From Trichococcus sp. (GTDB lineage: Bacteria > Bacillota > Bacilli > Lactobacillales > Aerococcaceae): DNA of 64,000 nucleotides. The position numbers and the translations under genes were made by a program. The stretch covers positions 20,165 through 84,164 of the forward strand of contig JASKKA010000002.1 in the NCBI GenBank assembly GCA_030153215.1. The letters are read 5' to 3'. Shown piece by piece: positions 51,723-64,000 of the stretch. The number at the start of each line of letters is the position of its first letter. Position 1 is the stretch's first letter. The notes under the pieces are model-generated. The model saw only the letters and a list, made by a program, of their open reading frames with translations, was not told where the DNA came from and did not search any database.

Positions 51723-51902
51723 TTATTTATGGGAGGCCGTTTTCGGCATCAACGCAGAAACAAGCACTACGATCAGCGCAGTAAAGATACCCGTCATGGT
51801 TGCGATCATAAAGTCATAGCTGCCGCCGGATAAGGCGCTGCCCAGATAAACAGATACTTGCCCTAAGATAAATCCCCAAAAAATGATTGCAATATATTTC
51901 AT
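51723..51902 (-). CDS. YjzD/DUF2929-family small membrane protein (59 aa)
   Basis: Not in the ORF track. Manual translation gives MKYIAIIFWGFILGQVSVYLGSALSGGSYDFMIATMTGIFTALIVVLVSALMPKTASHK; AGAGGTG RBS; divergent from dnaE. Confidence 0.85.
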   Translation of the reverse strand: MKYIAIIFWGFILGQVSVYLGSALSGGSYDFMIATMTGIFTALIVVLVSALMPKTASHK

Positions 51903-52045
51903 GTCGTTTACACCTCTTCTCGAGATTCATTTTATCACTTTTTTTGGAGAAGACAAGCATTACTTGCCCGACAACTTTTTCGCTTCTTGGATTAGCGCGG
52001 GTGCGTTATAATGGTAATATTGATTAGAAAAAGGAGGTCTCAGAC

Positions 52046-55000
52046 ATGTCTTTTGTGCATTTGCAGGTCATCAGCGCCTATTCCCTTTTGCAGACGACTA
52101 CCCGAATAGAGGATTTGGTTCGCAGCGCCAAGACAAAAGGCTATCAGGCCATCGCGCTGACGGACCAAAATGTTCTATATGGCCAAGTCGACTTCTTCAA
52201 GCTTTGCAAAAAATATGCTATCCAACCCGTTCTGGGGGTCCAACTGGATTTGCCCGGAATAATCAGAAAAGACCGCACCTTTCCCTTGGTCTTGTTGGCA
52301 AAGGATTTTGAGGGCTACAAAAAGTTGATGGCTTTGTCGACGGTCAGGAATCAGGATGCTGACGATAAGGAATTGCTTTCCCTTTTGGAGGAAGAGTCAA
52401 ACCGGATCATCGCGATAACGCCGGGAGAAAAAGGCGAGATTGAAAGCTTTTTGAACGGAAATGATCAGGATAACGCCAAGGCAGCCAGTTTGGCCTGGGA
52501 AAAAATCTTCACTCGCGGCAATTTTTATTTAGGCGTTCAGCTCCACGAGAAGATGAAACCGATCATTCCGCAACTGAAGCATTTGTCGCAAGAGACAAGC
52601 ATTCCGACTGTCGCTATGCATGACGTCAGATATCTGGAGCCGAGCGACAATTTCAGTTGCAGGGTCCTGAAGGCGATAGAGGCGAACGAGAAAGTGGACC
52701 TGCAATCGGAAGCGCTGGATGGCGCTTATTACTTGCCGTCCTGCGGAGAAGTCGAAAGGAAATTCCGGGAGGCTGATTTGGTGGAGTCGGCTGAAATGAC
52801 CCAGAAAATTGCGGACGAAATCGAAATCGACTTGCCGCTGCATCAGTCGCTGTTGCCGCGCTATCCGCTGCCTGCCGGGACGACACCGCAGGCATACCTC
52901 AGGAGGCTCTGCGAGGAAGGATTGCGTCAGCGAATCAATACCGATACACCGGCAGCTGAATATGAAAAACGCTTGGCTTACGAATTGGAAGTCATCCATG
53001 AAATGGGCTTCGATGATTACTTTCTTATCGTTTGGGATGTGATGGCTTATGCCCGAAAAGCGAAAATCATGCCGGGAGCCGGCCGGGGATCTGCGGCTGG
53101 TTCGCTCGTATCCTATGTCCTGCGCATCACCCATGTCGATCCCATCAAGTATAATCTGTTGTTTGAGCGGTTTTTGAACAAGGAACGCTACAATATGCCG
53201 GATATCGATTTGGATTTCCCGGATAACCGCAGGGACGATATCCTGCACTATGTCCGGGATAAATACGGCTCAGATCACGTCGCCCAGATAGCTACATTTG
53301 GCACATTGGCTGCAAAAATGTCCTTGCGGGATACTGCACGAGTATTCGGACTGTCGGTTGCGGAGGCTCAAACATGGTCGAATGCGATCCCAAACCAATT
53401 GGGCATCAGTCTGGCGGAGGCAAGACAAAAATCAACAGAATTACAGAAGCTGATTAGCGCCACGGACGTCAATCGACTTCTCTATGAGACTGCCGAAAAG
53501 ATTGAAGGCGTTCCACGGCATGTTTCCACTCACGCGGCAGGTGTCGTCATCAGCGACAGGCCATTGCGGGATATCGTGCCTTTACAGAAAAAAAATAGCG
53601 ATCTGTATCTGACGCAGTACACGATGGGGAATATTGAAGAAATCGGCTTGCTCAAAATGGACTTCCTGGGTCTGAAAAATCTGACGATACTGAACGATGC
53701 GGTGCAATTGGCCAGCGATGCGTACAAAAAAAGCATCAACATTTGGGAAATCCCGATGGACGATGATCGCACACTCGCTATTTTCCGAAGAGCGGATACA
53801 AACGGGGTATTCCAGTTCGAATCCCCCGGCATAAAGAATGTGTTGCGCAAACTCGGTCCGGAATCGATCGAAGATGTCGCTGCCGTCAATGCGCTTTATC
53901 GACCGGGTCCGATGGAACAGATTGATCTTTTTGTTTCGCGGAAAAAAGGGTTGGCTGCAATCGATTATCTCCATCCCGATCTGAAATCAATCCTTGAGGT
54001 GACCTACGGGGTAATGGTCTATCAGGAACAGGTCATGCAAGTAGCCTCCCGGATGGCTGGGTTCAGCCTGGGGGAAGCGGACATCCTCAGAAGAGCGATA
54101 GGAAAAAAACAAAAGTCAGCCATCGATGAAGAAAGAAAACACTTTATTGAAGGATCATTGCAACAAGGCTATTCCGAGCAGACGGCCGAGCAAGTGTATG
54201 ATTACATCGAGAGGTTCGCCAATTACGGTTTTAACCGTTCGCATTCGGTTGCCTATTCTTTCATAGCCTACCAACTTGCCTACATGAAGGCGCACTTCCC
54301 TGAAGCTTTTTTCGCCGCTTTGCTGAATTCCGTCAACCAACACTCGGACAAGATGAAGGAGTATTTCATCGAACTGAAAAGACGCAACATCACCATCTCC
54401 TATCCGGACATCAACACAAGCAATTGGAAGTTCGGTCTGCAGCAGCAGACGATTCAATTCGGCTTGGGCGGGATCAAAGGCCTCAGACGCGACTTTATCC
54501 AGGAAATCATCAGAGAACGCCAGAGGCATGGTCACTATCAAGATTTCGTCCAATTCTTGAGAAGGATCAATCCGAAATGGCTGAAGGCAGAAAACATCAC
54601 ACCGCTCATCTATAGCGGAGCGTTCGACAATTTTGGACATTCGCGTGCTACACTGTTGCAGTCTTTGCCGGGAATGCTGAACAGCATCGATTACAGCGGA
54701 AACAACATCGATCTGTTTTCGATACTGGAGCCTAAATATGTCGAAACGGAAGAAATGCCCCTGTTGGAATTGTTGGATATGGAAGAAGCGACACTGGGCC
54801 ATTCGCTGAAGGGCCATCCGATCGACCAATTCGGTACTTTGTACGACAATGGTTCGGCTGTGTACGTAACCGAGCTGGCATTTGATAAAAAAATGCGCAC
54901 AATGGGATTGATCAAAGACATCAGGAGAATCCAGACAAAGAAGGGCGATCCCATGGCTTTCGCCAGTCTGACCGATAGCACCGGCGAAATCAGCATTACG

Positions 55001-55390
55001 ATTTTTCCCGAGTATTATATCCGGTTCATGAAACTGCTGAAGGCAAACCAACTTCTTGTTGTTGAAGGCAAGCTTGAGCGGTCGAAACAAGCCGATAAAA
55101 CGAATTTTTTGGCCACACATATCTGGGACGCCGCAGCCTATCAGGAAATGATCGGTCAAAAAAAGGAGAATGTATTTATCCGCTTGACGGCTGAAAATAA
55201 TAACCCGGAGTTGTTCAATAAAATGTACCGGGTGCTGGACAACAGGAGGGGCGAACATCCTGTCATCCTTTACAACGAAGCTACCAAACAAACGGTGCGC
55301 TTGACAACGGAATATTGGGTCACCATTTCTGGGGAACTGATTGAATCACTGCAAGCCATTTTTGGAAATGGGAATGTAGCGGTCAAATGA
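52046..55390 (+). CDS. dnaE: DNA polymerase III alpha subunit DnaE
   Basis: PHP domain, GRGSAAGS, MPDIDLDF, HAAGVVI, LLKMDFLGL, YGFNRSH and OB fold. Confidence 0.97.
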   Translation: MSFVHLQVISAYSLLQTTTRIEDLVRSAKTKGYQAIALTDQNVLYGQVDFFKLCKKYAIQPVLGVQLDLPGIIRKDRTFPLVLLAKDFEGYKKLMALSTVRNQDADDKELLSLLEEESNRIIAITPGEKGEIESFLNGNDQDNAKAASLAWEKIFTRGNFYLGVQLHEKMKPIIPQLKHLSQETSIPTVAMHDVRYLEPSDNFSCRVLKAIEANEKVDLQSEALDGAYYLPSCGEVERKFREADLVESAEMTQKIADEIEIDLPLHQSLLPRYPLPAGTTPQAYLRRLCEEGLRQRINTDTPAAEYEKRLAYELEVIHEMGFDDYFLIVWDVMAYARKAKIMPGAGRGSAAGSLVSYVLRITHVDPIKYNLLFERFLNKERYNMPDIDLDFPDNRRDDILHYVRDKYGSDHVAQIATFGTLAAKMSLRDTARVFGLSVAEAQTWSNAIPNQLGISLAEARQKSTELQKLISATDVNRLLYETAEKIEGVPRHVSTHAAGVVISDRPLRDIVPLQKKNSDLYLTQYTMGNIEEIGLLKMDFLGLKNLTILNDAVQLASDAYKKSINIWEIPMDDDRTLAIFRRADTNGVFQFESPGIKNVLRKLGPESIEDVAAVNALYRPGPMEQIDLFVSRKKGLAAIDYLHPDLKSILEVTYGVMVYQEQVMQVASRMAGFSLGEADILRRAIGKKQKSAIDEERKHFIEGSLQQGYSEQTAEQVYDYIERFANYGFNRSHSVAYSFIAYQLAYMKAHFPEAFFAALLNSVNQHSDKMKEYFIELKRRNITISYPDINTSNWKFGLQQQTIQFGLGGIKGLRRDFIQEIIRERQRHGHYQDFVQFLRRINPKWLKAENITPLIYSGAFDNFGHSRATLLQSLPGMLNSIDYSGNNIDLFSILEPKYVETEEMPLLELLDMEEATLGHSLKGHPIDQFGTLYDNGSAVYVTELAFDKKMRTMGLIKDIRRIQTKKGDPMAFASLTDSTGEISITIFPEYYIRFMKLLKANQLLVVEGKLERSKQADKTNFLATHIWDAAAYQEMIGQKKENVFIRLTAENNNPELFNKMYRVLDNRRGEHPVILYNEATKQTVRLTTEYWVTISGELIESLQAIFGNGNVAVK

Positions 55391-55706
55391 AAACAAAAAG
55401 TTGATATCCGGATACTGTTTTCATATAAGCGGAAGTTGCCTGGACTTGTTCAGTCTTTTTGCTTGAGCCTGTCCGCAACCGATTTGTTGCATTCGGGCGG
55501 TAGTAATAACATTTTGGCCGAATGTGGCGATATTCCGCACAAGAAGCCGTTATTTTTCATTGTTTCTTTTTTAACAATCAAAAAAACGTGAAATTAAAAG
55601 ACATTTTCATAAAAAGATGATAAGATAGTGAAGGACAAATTCAAAAAATATTTAATGCATGATTTTTTTTGGAAATTGAGAGTTTTTAACTTTATTGATG
55701 AGGTGA

Positions 55707-56675
<969 letters not shown>

Positions 56676-56726
56676 CGAAAAGTTGACTTACGTTTTACAA
56701 AATATAAAATGAGGTGCTTATATTCT

Positions 56727-58484
56727 ATGAAAAAGACAAAAATTGTATGTACGATCGGACCTGCCAGTGAATCTGTGGAAACACTCGTTAAATTGATGAA
56801 TGCCGGCATGAACGTTGCCCGCTTGAATTTCTCGCACGGAGACTTTGAAGAACACGGCGCTCGTATCGTCAATATCCGCGAAGCATCAAAAATCACAGGC
56901 AAAATGTGTGCTATCCTTTTGGATACAAAAGGGCCTGAAATCCGTACAAACAACATGAAGGACGGCATCGTGTCGTTGATCGCCGGAGAAACAGTAAGAA
57001 TCTCCATGACAGAAGTTGAGGGTACGAAAGATAAATTCTCAATCACTTATCCAGAATTGATCGATGATGTCGTTGTCGGAAACCATATTCTTTTGGATGA
57101 TGGCTTGATCGACCTTGAAGTGACTGAAATCGACAGAGAGAACAATGAAATTGTTACTTTGATCAAAAACTCAGGCATCCTGAAGAACAAAAAAGGTGTC
57201 AATCTGCCTGGAATCAAAACGAATTTCCCTGGTATCACACAAAAAGATACTGACGATATCATCTTCGGTATCGAAAATGATGTCGACTTCATCGCAGCAA
57301 GCTTCGTCCGTCGAGCAAGTGATGTATTGGCTATCACTGAAATTTTGGAAAAACATAACGCAACCCACATCCAAATCATCCCTAAAATCGAAAACCAAGA
57401 AGGGCTTGACAACATCGATGAAATCTTGAAAGTTTCTCAAGGTTTGATGGTTGCCCGTGGCGACTTAGGCGTAGAAATCCCTACGGAAGAAGTTCCTATC
57501 GCACAAAAAATGTTGATCAAAAAATGTAATGCATTAGGCAAACCAGTCATCACTGCAACACAAATGCTTGATTCCATGCAACGCAACCCACGTCCTACAC
57601 GTGCTGAAGCAGGAGACGTTGCCAACGCTATCTTCGACGGAACTGATGCAGTTATGCTATCCGGAGAAACAGCTGCTGGGGATTACCCAGTTGAAGCCGT
57701 TACGACTATGGCCACAATCGCTATCCGTACTGAAGAAGCAATCATTGGACAAGATGCATTTGCTTTGAAAGCATACAGCAATACGGACATGGCTGAAGCA
57801 ATCGGTCAATCTGTCGGACATACAGCCCGCAACCTTAACATCCAGACAATCGTTGCCGCTACTGAATCTGGTCATACAGCGCGCATGATTTCTAAATACC
57901 GTCCGAAATCACACATCGTTGCAGTCACTTTCTCGGAGCGCCAAAGACGTGGATTGGCACTTTCATGGGGTGTGTATCCATTCGTAACCGAAAAACCTGA
58001 TTCAACTGATGAAATGATGGAATTGGCTGCAAAAGTTGCCAAAGAAGAAAAATTCGCTAAAGAAGGCGACTTGATCATCATCACTGCCGGCGTACCAGTA
58101 GGCGAACGCGGAACAACAAACTTGATGAAGATTCAATTGATCGGAACGAAATTGACTTCCGGCCAAGGTATCGGCGACAAATCTGTCATCGGTAAAGCTG
58201 TCGTCGCTCTATCAGCTGAAGAAGCAATCGCTAAAGTGACTGAGGACTGCATCTTGGTGTTGAAGAACTCTGATAAAGACTATACGCCTGCATTTGAAAA
58301 AGCTGCAGCAGTAATCGTTGAAGCTGGCGGATTGACAAGCCATGCGGCTGTTGTCGGTATCGCAAGTGGTATTCCAGTTATTGTAGGAGCAGAAAATGCG
58401 ACTACTTTAGTGCAAGACAACGAATTGATCACGATCGATTCGCGTCGCGGCATCATTTACCGCGGTGCAACAACTACCATCTAA
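56727..58484 (+). CDS. pyk: pyruvate kinase with C-terminal PEP-utilizer (phosphohistidine-like) domain
   Basis: [32 protein letters not shown] and C-terminal GGLTSHAAV. Confidence 0.97.
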   Translation: MKKTKIVCTIGPASESVETLVKLMNAGMNVARLNFSHGDFEEHGARIVNIREASKITGKMCAILLDTKGPEIRTNNMKDGIVSLIAGETVRISMTEVEGTKDKFSITYPELIDDVVVGNHILLDDGLIDLEVTEIDRENNEIVTLIKNSGILKNKKGVNLPGIKTNFPGITQKDTDDIIFGIENDVDFIAASFVRRASDVLAITEILEKHNATHIQIIPKIENQEGLDNIDEILKVSQGLMVARGDLGVEIPTEEVPIAQKMLIKKCNALGKPVITATQMLDSMQRNPRPTRAEAGDVANAIFDGTDAVMLSGETAAGDYPVEAVTTMATIAIRTEEAIIGQDAFALKAYSNTDMAEAIGQSVGHTARNLNIQTIVAATESGHTARMISKYRPKSHIVAVTFSERQRRGLALSWGVYPFVTEKPDSTDEMMELAAKVAKEEKFAKEGDLIIITAGVPVGERGTTNLMKIQLIGTKLTSGQGIGDKSVIGKAVVALSAEEAIAKVTEDCILVLKNSDKDYTPAFEKAAAVIVEAGGLTSHAAVVGIASGIPVIVGAENATTLVQDNELITIDSRRGIIYRGATTTI

Positions 58485-58508
58485 GTTCAACTGAATTAGA
58501 GAGCATCA

Positions 58509-58540
58509 TTGGGTCTGGGACGAGAGTCTCGGGCCCATTT
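58509..58540 (+). terminator. hairpin after pyk
   Basis: TGGGTCTGGGAC-GAGA-GTCTCGGGCCCA-TTT (with G:U pairs). Confidence 0.65.
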
Positions 58541-58705
58541 GCTTTCTGGAAGCACAAGATGTCCTCTGTATCTGCAGACCGAGAGGACTATATGCATAAA
58601 TATCACAAATATGACAAGCTCATAACAACGACGCTTTGGAATTCATTTTGTGATATGATAAAATGGAAGAAATACAGCGACGGAAAGACTGTCTGGAGGA
58701 AAAAT

Positions 58706-59572
58706 ATGAGTAAAGTACTGGGTACAATCATTACAGGTGTGATCGTTGACGAAAATGAGAAAAGTGTCTTCGTTCAGAAAGACGGCATCACCTACCGATT
58801 GGATAAAGAAGAGTCAGAAACAGCGTTGCAATTGGGTGACACTGTCAAAGGATTTGTGTACGAAGGAATGAACAAGCAACTGCGCATGACCTTGAAGGAG
58901 CCCGCGAGCCAAGTAGGGAAATATGGTTGGGGAACAGTTGTGGCTGTCCGGAAAGATTTGGGCGTTTTTGTCGACATCGGCCTCGATGACAAAGAAATTG
59001 TGGTTTCCTTGGATAATTTGCCGGATATCAAATCACTTTGGCCGAAAAAGGGGGATCGTCTTCTGATCGCCCTGGAACAGGACAGCAAAGATCGTCTGTG
59101 GGGTACCATTGCCGACGAACCGGTATTTCGTTCCATTTCCCGAACGCCGGGTGAGGAATTGAAAAATAAGGACATCACTGGGACTGTCTTCCGTTTGAAA
59201 TTAGTTGGGACGTTCATCCTGACGGACGATCATTATATCGGATTCATTCACCCATCCGAGCGGGAGATTGAACCGCGCTTGGGTGAAGTCGTCAGCGGAC
59301 GGGTCATCGGCATCAGTCAACACGGTATGTTGAATCTATCCTTGAAACCGCGTGCGCATGAAGCCATCAGTGAAGATGCGGCCATGATCTTGGTATTGTT
59401 GGAGCAGAGCCCGACGCACAGTTTGCCTTATTGGGACAAGAGTGACCCTGAAGCGATCAAAGAATACTTCGGAATCAGCAAAGCGCAATTCAAAAGGGCA
59501 TTGGGCCACTTGTTGAAAGCCAGACTGATCATCCAAGAAGATGGACACACAAAATTAATCAAAAAGGATTAG
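58706..59572 (+). CDS. cvfB: CvfB-family S1 RNA-binding protein
   Basis: S1 repeats (LGVFVDIG, FIHPSER) and C-terminal winged helix FGISKAQFKRALG. Confidence 0.9.
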   Translation: MSKVLGTIITGVIVDENEKSVFVQKDGITYRLDKEESETALQLGDTVKGFVYEGMNKQLRMTLKEPASQVGKYGWGTVVAVRKDLGVFVDIGLDDKEIVVSLDNLPDIKSLWPKKGDRLLIALEQDSKDRLWGTIADEPVFRSISRTPGEELKNKDITGTVFRLKLVGTFILTDDHYIGFIHPSEREIEPRLGEVVSGRVIGISQHGMLNLSLKPRAHEAISEDAAMILVLLEQSPTHSLPYWDKSDPEAIKEYFGISKAQFKRALGHLLKARLIIQEDGHTKLIKKD

Positions 59573-59605
59573 GCCATCAACCTGTCCTCAAAGGAGCCGA
59601 CAGCA

Positions 59606-60070
59606 GTGACGGAATTGTCATTAAACACCATCAAAAAACAATTGCAAGAGGCAGGATTCAAGCTAACTCCTCAACGGGAAGCGACTGTCAGCGTGCTGTT
59701 GGAAAAGGAAAAGGAGCATCTCAGTGCGGAGGAGATTTTCCTGCTGTTGCGGCTTAAGCATCCCGATATCGGTCTTGCGACTGTCTATCGCACACTGGAG
59801 ATTTTGACTGAACTGAACATCACCTACAAAGTTGTGTTTGAGGATGGCTTATCGCGCTACGATTTAAGAAGGACCAGCAATGAGCACTTCCATCACCATC
59901 TTTTGTGTATCGAATGCGGCAACATAGAGGAAATACACGAGGATCTGTTGGGTGAGGTCGAAAAAGATGTCGAATCCCGTTACCAATTCGTGGTGAAAGA
60001 CCACCGGTTGACTTTTCATGGCATCTGTCGGGAATGCCAACAAAAACTTAGGAACAAACAGACTTCATAA
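59606..60070 (+). CDS. fur: Fur-family transcriptional regulator
   Basis: [28 protein letters not shown] and CREC; fur-xerD synteny. Confidence 0.9.
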   Translation: MTELSLNTIKKQLQEAGFKLTPQREATVSVLLEKEKEHLSAEEIFLLLRLKHPDIGLATVYRTLEILTELNITYKVVFEDGLSRYDLRRTSNEHFHHHLLCIECGNIEEIHEDLLGEVEKDVESRYQFVVKDHRLTFHGICRECQQKLRNKQTS

Positions 60071-60090
60071 GGATGAAATGGGTCAGGGAT

Positions 60091-60981
60091 ATGGAAGAAG
60101 AAATCAATGAATACGGGCGCTATTTGAGAATCGAGAGAGGACTGTCCGATAACACGATCATCAGTTACCTAAGGGACCTCGGAAAATACAGTCATTTTTT
60201 GGCACAAAGTGGAATCCAGGCATTCGGGGATGTGACGAAACCGGATGTGCTTTTGTATCTTCAATTTTTGAATGAGGAAAAATTGGCGACTGCTTCAATC
60301 GGAAGGATGATCACCAGCCTGCGGAGATTCCATCAATACTTGAAGCAAGAAGGGTTGATCGAAAACGATCCGATGGTCACCATACAGCTGCCCAAAAAAC
60401 AGCAGAAGTTGCCGAAAGTACTCTCGATGGAAGAAATCGACCGCCTGATGGCCGCGCCAGATGTCAAAACCGTACTGGGCCTAAGGGATCGCGCCATCTT
60501 GGAACTGCTGTATGCCACCGGCCTTCGCGTCAGTGAGCTTATCAACATTACGATGAGCGAAATCCATCTGGATATCGGATTCATCCAAACAATCGGGAAA
60601 GGTGACAAGGAAAGGATCGTGCCGTTGGGCGAGGAAGCTGCTTACTGGATTTCGGAGTATCTGTCTGACAGTCGGCCAGCTTTGGCGCATGGGAGGAAAG
60701 AGACGGCTTACTTGTTCTTGAATTTCCACGGCAACGGGTTCACACGCCAAGGGATCTGGAAAAATCTAAAACAAACCGTGCGGGATGCCGGCATCAATAA
60801 AAATGTATCTCCGCATATGCTGCGCCATTCTTTTGCGACGCATATTCTGGAAAATGGAGCCGATCTGCGGATTGTACAGGAGCTGTTGGGGCATGCTGAT
60901 ATTTCCACAACCCAGATCTATACGCACATCACGACAGAAAGAATGGCAGAAATTTATCAAAAATATCATCCTCGTGCTTGA
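60091..60981 (+). CDS. xerD: site-specific tyrosine recombinase XerD
   Basis: [28 protein letters not shown] and [14 protein letters not shown]. Confidence 0.93.
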   Translation: MEEEINEYGRYLRIERGLSDNTIISYLRDLGKYSHFLAQSGIQAFGDVTKPDVLLYLQFLNEEKLATASIGRMITSLRRFHQYLKQEGLIENDPMVTIQLPKKQQKLPKVLSMEEIDRLMAAPDVKTVLGLRDRAILELLYATGLRVSELINITMSEIHLDIGFIQTIGKGDKERIVPLGEEAAYWISEYLSDSRPALAHGRKETAYLFLNFHGNGFTRQGIWKNLKQTVRDAGINKNVSPHMLRHSFATHILENGADLRIVQELLGHADISTTQIYTHITTERMAEIYQKYHPRA

Positions 60982-61026
60982 AGCTTAACAATTCAAGTCT
61001 GTTGAGGATAAGGGAGGAATAGGATC

Positions 61027-62196
61027 ATGAAATTTAATCGCGTTCATTTGATCGTATTGGATTCAGTAGGAATAGGCGAAGCGCCGGATGCCGATAAGTT
61101 CGGAGATATCGGGTCGGATACGCTCGGACATATCGCGGAAGTCGCTGGGTTGGAGATTCCAAATCTGGAAAAGTTGGGTTTGGGAAACATCCGTCAACTG
61201 AGTGGCGTAAAGCCCGACAATGCGTCTCTTGGCTATTATACAAAACTCGAGGAGCAGTCCGTCGGCAAAGACACGATGACAGGCCATTGGGAAATCATGG
61301 GGCTGAACATCCAGACACCGTTCCGCGTATTTCCTGAAGGTTTTCCGCAGGTGTTGATCCAGAAAATTGAAACCCATACAGGCCGGAAAATTATCGGAAA
61401 CAAGCCTGCCAGTGGGACGGAAATCCTGGATGAATTCGGTGAGCACCAAATGCAGACCGGTGATCTGATCGTCTACACCTCGGCGGATCCGGTGCTGCAG
61501 ATTGCTGCACACGAAGACGTCATCCCGCTTGAGGAATTATACGCCATCTGTGAATATGTCAGAAAAATCACTTTGGAGGATCCCTACATGATCGGGCGAA
61601 TCATTGCTAGACCGTATGTCGGCACTCCGGGGAATTTTACCCGTACAAGCAATCGGCACGATTATGCTTTGGATCCATTCGGGGAAACAACGCTGGATTA
61701 TTTGAAGGAAGCAGGCCACGCTGTCATCGCTATCGGCAAAATCAATGACATCTACAATGGGCAAGGCATCACGGAATATGTACGCACGAAAAGCAACATG
61801 GACGGTGTCGACCAGTTGCTGAAAGTCATTGAAAAAGATTTCCGTGGACTCAGTTTCCTGAATTTGGTCGACTTTGATGCCCTGTTCGGTCACCGCAGGG
61901 ATGTGAAGGGCTATGCTGAGGCGATCGAAGACTTTGATGCGCGCATTCCTGAAATATTGGCTGCTTTAGAGGATGACGATTTGCTGTTGATTACCGCGGA
62001 CCATGGAAATGATCCGACGTTCCCGGGAACAGATCATACGCGCGAATATGTGCCTTTATTGGCTTATTCGAAAAAAATGGCAGGACGCGGGAAGCTGAAC
62101 CAAGGCAAGTTTGCTGATATCGGTGCGACCGTATCCGATAATTTTCGGGTTGAAGCTACTAAAAACGGTCGCAGCTTTTTGGATGAATTGGACTAG
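61027..62196 (+). CDS. deoB: phosphopentomutase
   Basis: [34 protein letters not shown] and DHTRE. Confidence 0.96.
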   Translation: MKFNRVHLIVLDSVGIGEAPDADKFGDIGSDTLGHIAEVAGLEIPNLEKLGLGNIRQLSGVKPDNASLGYYTKLEEQSVGKDTMTGHWEIMGLNIQTPFRVFPEGFPQVLIQKIETHTGRKIIGNKPASGTEILDEFGEHQMQTGDLIVYTSADPVLQIAAHEDVIPLEELYAICEYVRKITLEDPYMIGRIIARPYVGTPGNFTRTSNRHDYALDPFGETTLDYLKEAGHAVIAIGKINDIYNGQGITEYVRTKSNMDGVDQLLKVIEKDFRGLSFLNLVDFDALFGHRRDVKGYAEAIEDFDARIPEILAALEDDDLLLITADHGNDPTFPGTDHTREYVPLLAYSKKMAGRGKLNQGKFADIGATVSDNFRVEATKNGRSFLDELD

Positions 62197-62210
62197 TGAG
62201 GTGTAGGAAT

Positions 62211-63029
62211 ATGACAAATGATCAAAACAATGTGCGGATAGCCGCCAAATTTTTGGAAGAAAAAGGCTTATTGGAACCTGAATTCGGCCTGATTTTGGGT
62301 TCGGGCTTAGGCGAATTGGCTGAGGAAATAACGGATGCGATTGCGATACCCTATGAGGAAATTCCTTATTTCCCTGTATCAACGGTTGAAGGCCACAAAG
62401 GCCAACTTGTATATGGAAACTTGAGTGGGAAAAAAGTCGTTGCTATGCAAGGACGCTTTCATTATTACGAAGGTTATGGACTCGAAGAGGTCACCTTTCC
62501 GATCAGGGTAATGAAGCAGCTTGGCGTCCACTCTTTGGCGCTGACAAATGCAGCAGGGGGCATCAATTATGGATTCACACCCGGCGATCTGATGCTGATC
62601 ACGGATCACATCAATCTGACGGGGCAAAACCCCTTGATCGGTCCAAATGATCCCGCTCAAGGGCCGCGATTTACGGATATGAGCCAAGCCTACGATGCTG
62701 AATATCAAGGGAAATTAAAACAAGTCGCTTCGGAGATGGGTTTGGATTTGAAAGAAGGGGTTTATCTCGGCCTGACAGGTCCGACTTATGAAACGCCAGC
62801 GGAAATCCGTATGTGCCGGGTGCTCGGGGCAGACGCAGTCGGCATGTCCACCGTACCGGAAGCCATTGTGGCGCGTCATGCAGGTTTGCGCATTTTCGGG
62901 ATTTCCTGTATAACTAATTTAGCTTCAGGCATGCAAGCGACCCTGAATCATGAAGAAGTCGTCGAAACGACTACCCGAGTCAAAGAAACTTTCAAAGCCT
63001 TATTGAAGAATGCATTGACTGCCCTGTAA
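62211..63029 (+). CDS. punA: purine-nucleoside phosphorylase (trimeric type)
   Basis: ILGSGLG, QGRFHYYEG, GPTYETPAE and GMSTVPE. Confidence 0.93.
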   Translation: MTNDQNNVRIAAKFLEEKGLLEPEFGLILGSGLGELAEEITDAIAIPYEEIPYFPVSTVEGHKGQLVYGNLSGKKVVAMQGRFHYYEGYGLEEVTFPIRVMKQLGVHSLALTNAAGGINYGFTPGDLMLITDHINLTGQNPLIGPNDPAQGPRFTDMSQAYDAEYQGKLKQVASEMGLDLKEGVYLGLTGPTYETPAEIRMCRVLGADAVGMSTVPEAIVARHAGLRIFGISCITNLASGMQATLNHEEVVETTTRVKETFKALLKNALTAL

Positions 63030-63101
63030 TAAAGGGGTCCTCAAACTGGGTGCATCCAAGCACGGCTGTCGGGGTAAATACAAAGTGAGAAGGAGATCGA
63101 A

Positions 63102-63494
63102 GTGTTCATTTCTTATAATCAATCATGTGAAAAAATAGCTATGGGTCTGCTTTCTTATGTGACAGATCTGAAGAATGTAGCGAGGCTGAAGCCGGAAATG
63201 GACAGCTACATTGAAAATGGCGATAGGAGATTATTCTTGTGGAAAGATGAAGAGACCGATAATATCGTTGCTCTGATAGGCGTGGAAATAAATGAAGCGA
63301 TGGTGTTGGTTCGCCATATCGCCGTCTCGCCTTCTTTCCGGAAGGAAGGCATTGTCCATCGTTTGCTGGATGGCTTGCAACAACACTATCCCACAAGCGC
63401 AATCAACGGAACTCTCGAAACCGCGCCGTTCATCGCCAAATGGAATCAGAAACAACTGAACCGAAACGACGAGGAAACGAGTGGGTCTTTGTGA
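63102..63494 (+). CDS. ribT: RibT-like GNAT protein
   Basis: [15 protein letters not shown] and [12 protein letters not shown]; located before scpA. Confidence 0.8.
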   Translation: MFISYNQSCEKIAMGLLSYVTDLKNVARLKPEMDSYIENGDRRLFLWKDEETDNIVALIGVEINEAMVLVRHIAVSPSFRKEGIVHRLLDGLQQHYPTSAINGTLETAPFIAKWNQKQLNRNDEETSGSL

Positions 63495-64000
63495 GCGAAC
63501 AAAATGAACTCACCCTCATATTGCCGGATTTTGAGGGACCGTTGGATCTCCTCCTGCACTTGATCAAAGAGCTGAAGGTCGATATTTTCGATATTCCAAT
63601 TGCGGAAGTGACTTATCAATATCTGCGTTACTTGGACACGATGCAGGAAATGAAATTGGATATTGCCGGCGATTATCTGTTGATGGCTGCGACGTTGCTG
63701 GAAATAAAAAGCCGTATGTTGCTTCCAAAAAAAGAAGTGACTTTCGAAGAGGAGTTTTATGAAGAGGGCGAGGATCCAAGGGAAAGCTTGATCCAGCAAT
63801 TGGTGGAATACAAGCAATTCCAGGAAGCCGCCAAAGCCCTGAAGACGATGGAACAGGAGCGTGGTCTGTATTTCACGAAGCCGGCAACCGACCTGGAGGA
63901 GCTCCAACAAGCGATTCCGCTTGCTCCAGGCGAAGTTTCTGCAGCGGATCTGATTGCCGCGCTCCAGAAGATGTATCAGAAACTGCAGAAGAAGAAGCCG
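63491..64000 (+). CDS. scpA: segregation/condensation protein ScpA (runs off window end)
   Basis: Not in the ORF track. GTG 63491 gives [46 protein letters not shown]. Confidence 0.93.
   Translation, partial: MSEQNELTLILPDFEGPLDLLLHLIKELKVDIFDIPIAEVTYQYLRYLDTMQEMKLDIAGDYLLMAATLLEIKSRMLLPKKEVTFEEEFYEEGEDPRESLIQQLVEYKQFQEAAKALKTMEQERGLYFTKPATDLEELQQAIPLAPGEVSAADLIAALQKMYQKLQKKKP

Noticed and set aside
54155-55291. 378-aa antisense ORF inside dnaE
   Set aside because: It is fully nested opposite a conserved gene and has no motifs; a typical shadow ORF. The same applies to 956-1660, 5323-6045, 41783-42424, 46849-47469 and 52529-53248.
58120-58484. extra C-terminal domain on pyruvate kinase
   Set aside because: The PEP-utilizer extension is standard in Bacillus, Staphylococcus and Enterococcus Pyk.
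60091-60981. tyrosine recombinase as a possible phage/ICE integrase
   Set aside because: The XerD sequence and conserved fur-xerD-deoB-punA context fit a housekeeping gene; there are no att sites or cargo genes.
63446-63910. 154-aa minus-strand ORF at window end
   Set aside because: It is antisense to scpA, which starts at 63491 on the plus strand.

Overview
About 64 kb of mostly core chromosome from a low-GC Firmicute. Gene content and style suggest Lactobacillales, probably Carnobacteriaceae/Trichococcus-like; this is inferred, not searched. Gene order follows well-known Bacillus/Listeria/Enterococcus blocks: zwf | cshB-DUF1189-sodA...yfhO-pbp-yqzCD-rpmG-fthC-rhomboid-glcK-yqgU-rhodanese | gndA-RR-HK-yidC-acyP | ftsK-nucleoside ABC-ymfFHI-rodZ-pgsA-cinA-recA-rny-ymdB-ricA-mutSL | ruvAB-queA | dnaE-pfkA-pyk-cvfB-fur-xerD-deoB-punA-ribT-scpA. 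I saw no rRNA, tRNA, CRISPR array, prophage or IS element. The one clearly accessory block lies directly downstream of sodA (3.8-8.4 kb): an OhrR-like MarR regulator with a palindromic operator, an HrtBA-like ABC exporter, a DUF2177 membrane protein and a single-chain FakA(DAK2)-FakB(DegV) fatty-acid-kinase fusion. It is the best candidate for an undescribed oxidative-stress/lipid-handling system. Three apparent deletions lie within about 4 kb (rhodanese N-terminus, a start-less DUF4044-like ORF, a split histidine kinase); they are either real lesions or assembly artefacts. Several genes missing from the ORF track were recovered by hand: partial zwf, a DUF2929/YjzD small gene and partial scpA.
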